In this document: positions 63,600-64,000 of the stretch, in pieces
Layout: the number at the start of each line of letters is the position of its first letter
Position numbering within the stretch: the stretch's first letter is position 1
Assembly: GCF_004010195.1 (NCBI RefSeq)
Contig: NC_057721.1
Span: 70,665,336 to 70,729,335 of the forward strand
DNA: 64,000 nucleotides
DNA from: Chiloscyllium plagiosum
Lineage: Eukaryota
Direction: 5' to 3'
The notes under the pieces: model-generated
The model's input: only the letters and a program-made list of their open reading frames with translations
The model's database searches: none
Told to the model about the DNA's origin: nothing
Program-made: the position numbers and the translations under genes

Positions 63600-64000
63600 T
63601 CAGTCCAAAAACTATCAAGAAAGCAGCTGACAACTGTTGCATTCTTGACTCTTTTCCCTCAAATTTTCCATTCTGCTGCTGTTACTTTTCCCTGTTTAGC
63701 TAGTCGATCTGATTGAAATATCAACGGATCACATGCATGATTTCTTCTGAAATTTCATAGATTCATGCTTAGCACCTAGAAAATTTTTCCAAGCTTACAT
63801 ATATTTATTTTGTTGAAATAGTCAGGAAACATTGCACATTACTAGAAATGGCTCCAAAAAGAAGTATTATTAGGACAGCTAAGTTCAAGAAATCCACTTT
63901 GATTTATTCTCTTGATAAATCAAATAACCAAAATTGTCCCGACCACTGGAAAGCTTCTTGTTTTTGGAGGACTACAGGCAAGGATGTGGTCAGACTTGCA

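Overview
Vertebrate genomic DNA, very probably a shark, inferred from HE1-type tRNA SINEs and HER1/CR1-type LINEs. Two complete protein-coding genes lie head-to-head. C2CD2 (TMEM24/C2CD2L paralogue; TM-SMP-C2 architecture) is on the minus strand with 14 coding exons from 53162 to 1052; all introns are GT-AG, phases are consistent, and the product is about 699-706 aa. ATG101 is on the plus strand with 2 coding exons (58582-58833, 63195-63599) giving 218 aa. The rest is intronic or intergenic DNA dense in CR1 LINE fragments, several tRNA-SINE families, two solo LTRs with 4-bp TSDs, and many Penelope-like terminal repeats. The most notable non-genic signal is a set of at least three short Penelope-derived families, each carrying a minimal type-I hammerhead ribozyme core with family-specific, covarying stem II. 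They occur as fold-back insertions with TSDs and as a ~310-bp tandem retrozyme-like array between the two promoters. Most short ORFs in the supplied track are repeat-derived or chance. Repeat boundaries are approximate and family names rest on recalled consensus features, not database searches.
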